Position numbers and translations under genes: made by a program. The notes below the pieces were generated by a model. It did not search any database. It had not been told where the DNA came from and saw nothing but the letters and a program-made list of their open reading frames with translations. Positions 13,046-14,380 of a stretch of 14,380 nt of DNA are shown here, piece after piece (the stretch's first letter is position 1; each line of letters starts with the position of its first letter). The DNA is from a bacterium (GTDB lineage: Bacteria; Zhuqueibacterota; Zhuqueibacteria; Oceanimicrobiales; Oceanimicrobiaceae): assembly GCA_037446635.1 (NCBI GenBank), contig JBBIIG010000007.1, positions 1-14,380 on the forward strand. Direction: 5' to 3'.

Positions 13046-14380
13046 ATGGATGAAATTCAGGTCAGTATAAATCGCGGCCAGACAGACGAGCAGCATCACA
13101 CCTTCACGGAATCATTTCGGATTGGCCGCGGCGGCAATTGCGAGGTTCAGATTCAGGACCCCGTAGTCAGCGCCCACCACGTGGAAATCCTCTATGAAAA
13201 CGGCAAATGGTGGCTGCACGATCTCCACAGCACCAACGGCACCTTCCTCGACGGCGAACTGGTTCACAAAACTCCAATTTCCGATCGCGCCACCATTCAG
13301 CTTGGAAAAGGCGGCCCCCTTGTTTCCCTTAAAGTAAAAAAGTTCGATCTGAGCGAGCGGACGATTTTGAATCGAACCTTGTTTGGCACGATGATGAGAT
13401 CTCTCCCCGGCGCCACGCAAATGCTGCAGCACTATTTTTCATCTTCGCTGCCCAAAAGCGCCGGGCACTATACCCTCTATTTGCGCACGGCATTGAACCG
13501 GGCGCTTAAAAAACGCTCAAAAAAATTTTTTGTTTTAATTGGCTTGTTAGGCACAGTTGCGATTGCCGCCCTGGCCCTGGCCTGGCAGCAGCACCAACGC
13601 CTCGCTAAATTGGAGCCGCTGGGGATAGATATATTCTACACCATGAAAGCGTTGGAGCTGCAAATCGCAGAGCTGAACGCGCGTTTGCAGAGGGTGGCCG
13701 ACGACACGTTGGCGCTGGAAGTGGATGCCATGCGCAAAAAATATTCGTTGCTGCAGAAGGAATATGATAATTACATCGACCAGCTCGGGGTTTACGATGA
13801 ATCGGTGGATGAAACCGAGCGGCTGATTTTGCGCGTCGTTCGCACCTTTGGCGAATGCGAGCTTAACGCGCCCAAAGCCTTTGTTGCCGAAGTCAGAAAA
13901 TTCATCAAAAAGTGGCAATCGTCGCCGCGTCTGGAAATAGCTATTGGGCGCGGTCTTGCCTATGGTTATCACAAAGTCATTGCCGAAGAATTTCTCGCGC
14001 GTCGGCTGCCGCCGCATTTTATTTACCTCGCTTTGCAGGAAAGCGATTTTGACGTCAATCGCGTTGGCCCGCCCACGCGCTACGGAATTGCCAAAGGCAT
14101 GTGGCAATTCATTCCGCGCACGGCGGCGGCCTACGGATTGCAGGTTGGTCCGCTTCGCAACTACCGCCGCTTCGATCCGCGCGACGAACGCCATGATTTT
14201 CTGAAATCCACCCGCGCCGCGGCGCAGCTCATTCAAGATCTATATCGCACGCAGGCGCAAGGCTCCGGGCTGTTGGTGCTGGCATCGTACAATTGGGGCA
14301 TTGGCAATCTCGGACAGGTGCTTGATAGTCTGCCGGCCGATCCCAAAGCCCGCAATTTTTGGAATCTGGTCAATACTCAG
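13046..14380 (+). CDS. FHA domain - TM helix - coiled coil - lytic transglycosylase (SLT/MltD-like, GH23) fusion (3' end outside window)
   Basis: Absent from the ORF track. Manual translation from ATG 13046 is open for 445 codons: FRIGRG, VSAHH, DLHSTNGTF (FHA); KKRSKKFFVLIGLLGTVAIAALALAW (TM); LALQESDF, AKGMWQFIPRTA, DERHD, LASYNWG (SLT motifs). Confidence 0.9.
   Translation, partial: MDEIQVSINRGQTDEQHHTFTESFRIGRGGNCEVQIQDPVVSAHHVEILYENGKWWLHDLHSTNGTFLDGELVHKTPISDRATIQLGKGGPLVSLKVKKFDLSERTILNRTLFGTMMRSLPGATQMLQHYFSSSLPKSAGHYTLYLRTALNRALKKRSKKFFVLIGLLGTVAIAALALAWQQHQRLAKLEPLGIDIFYTMKALELQIAELNARLQRVADDTLALEVDAMRKKYSLLQKEYDNYIDQLGVYDESVDETERLILRVVRTFGECELNAPKAFVAEVRKFIKKWQSSPRLEIAIGRGLAYGYHKVIAEEFLARRLPPHFIYLALQESDFDVNRVGPPTRYGIAKGMWQFIPRTAAAYGLQVGPLRNYRRFDPRDERHDFLKSTRAAAQLIQDLYRTQAQGSGLLVLASYNWGIGNLGQVLDSLPADPKARNFWNLVNTQ

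Noticed and set aside
13547..14236. 229-aa - strand ORF (and 13112-13432)
   Set aside because: Shadows of the FHA-SLT gene on the + strand.

Overview
Bacterial chromosomal window from a diderm (lipoproteins, a Tat substrate and a beta-barrel with a C-terminal Phe; an FCB/KSB1-like origin is only a guess). The left part has, on the - strand, a fused 4x[4Fe-4S] NrfC/DmsB-type plus NrfD/PsrC-type membrane subunit (cut by the window edge), a degenerate Phd/YefM antitoxin fragment and a secreted CocE/NonD serine hydrolase, with a divergent YigI-like hotdog thioesterase. The centre (4.1-11.95 kb, + strand) is an apparent operon behind a DtxR/MntR-type palindrome. It encodes an MntR-like repressor, a membrane-anchored DtxR-FeoA-FeoA hybrid, a FeoB split into GTPase and membrane genes, an AT-rich orphan membrane ORF, a di-haem (DHOR/DUF1111-type) lipoprotein, a Tat-exported Rieske lipoprotein and an outer-membrane porin. 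Together these suggest a redox-coupled Mn/Fe import system spanning the envelope, the best candidate for an undescribed system here. Most junctions in the operon carry degenerate 7/8-mer tandem arrays and/or REP palindromes. The right part has a very Met-rich LolA-like lipoprotein with its own consensus promoter and terminator, and an FHA-TM-lytic transglycosylase fusion (cut by the edge). All family calls come from motifs recognised by eye; no database search was run.
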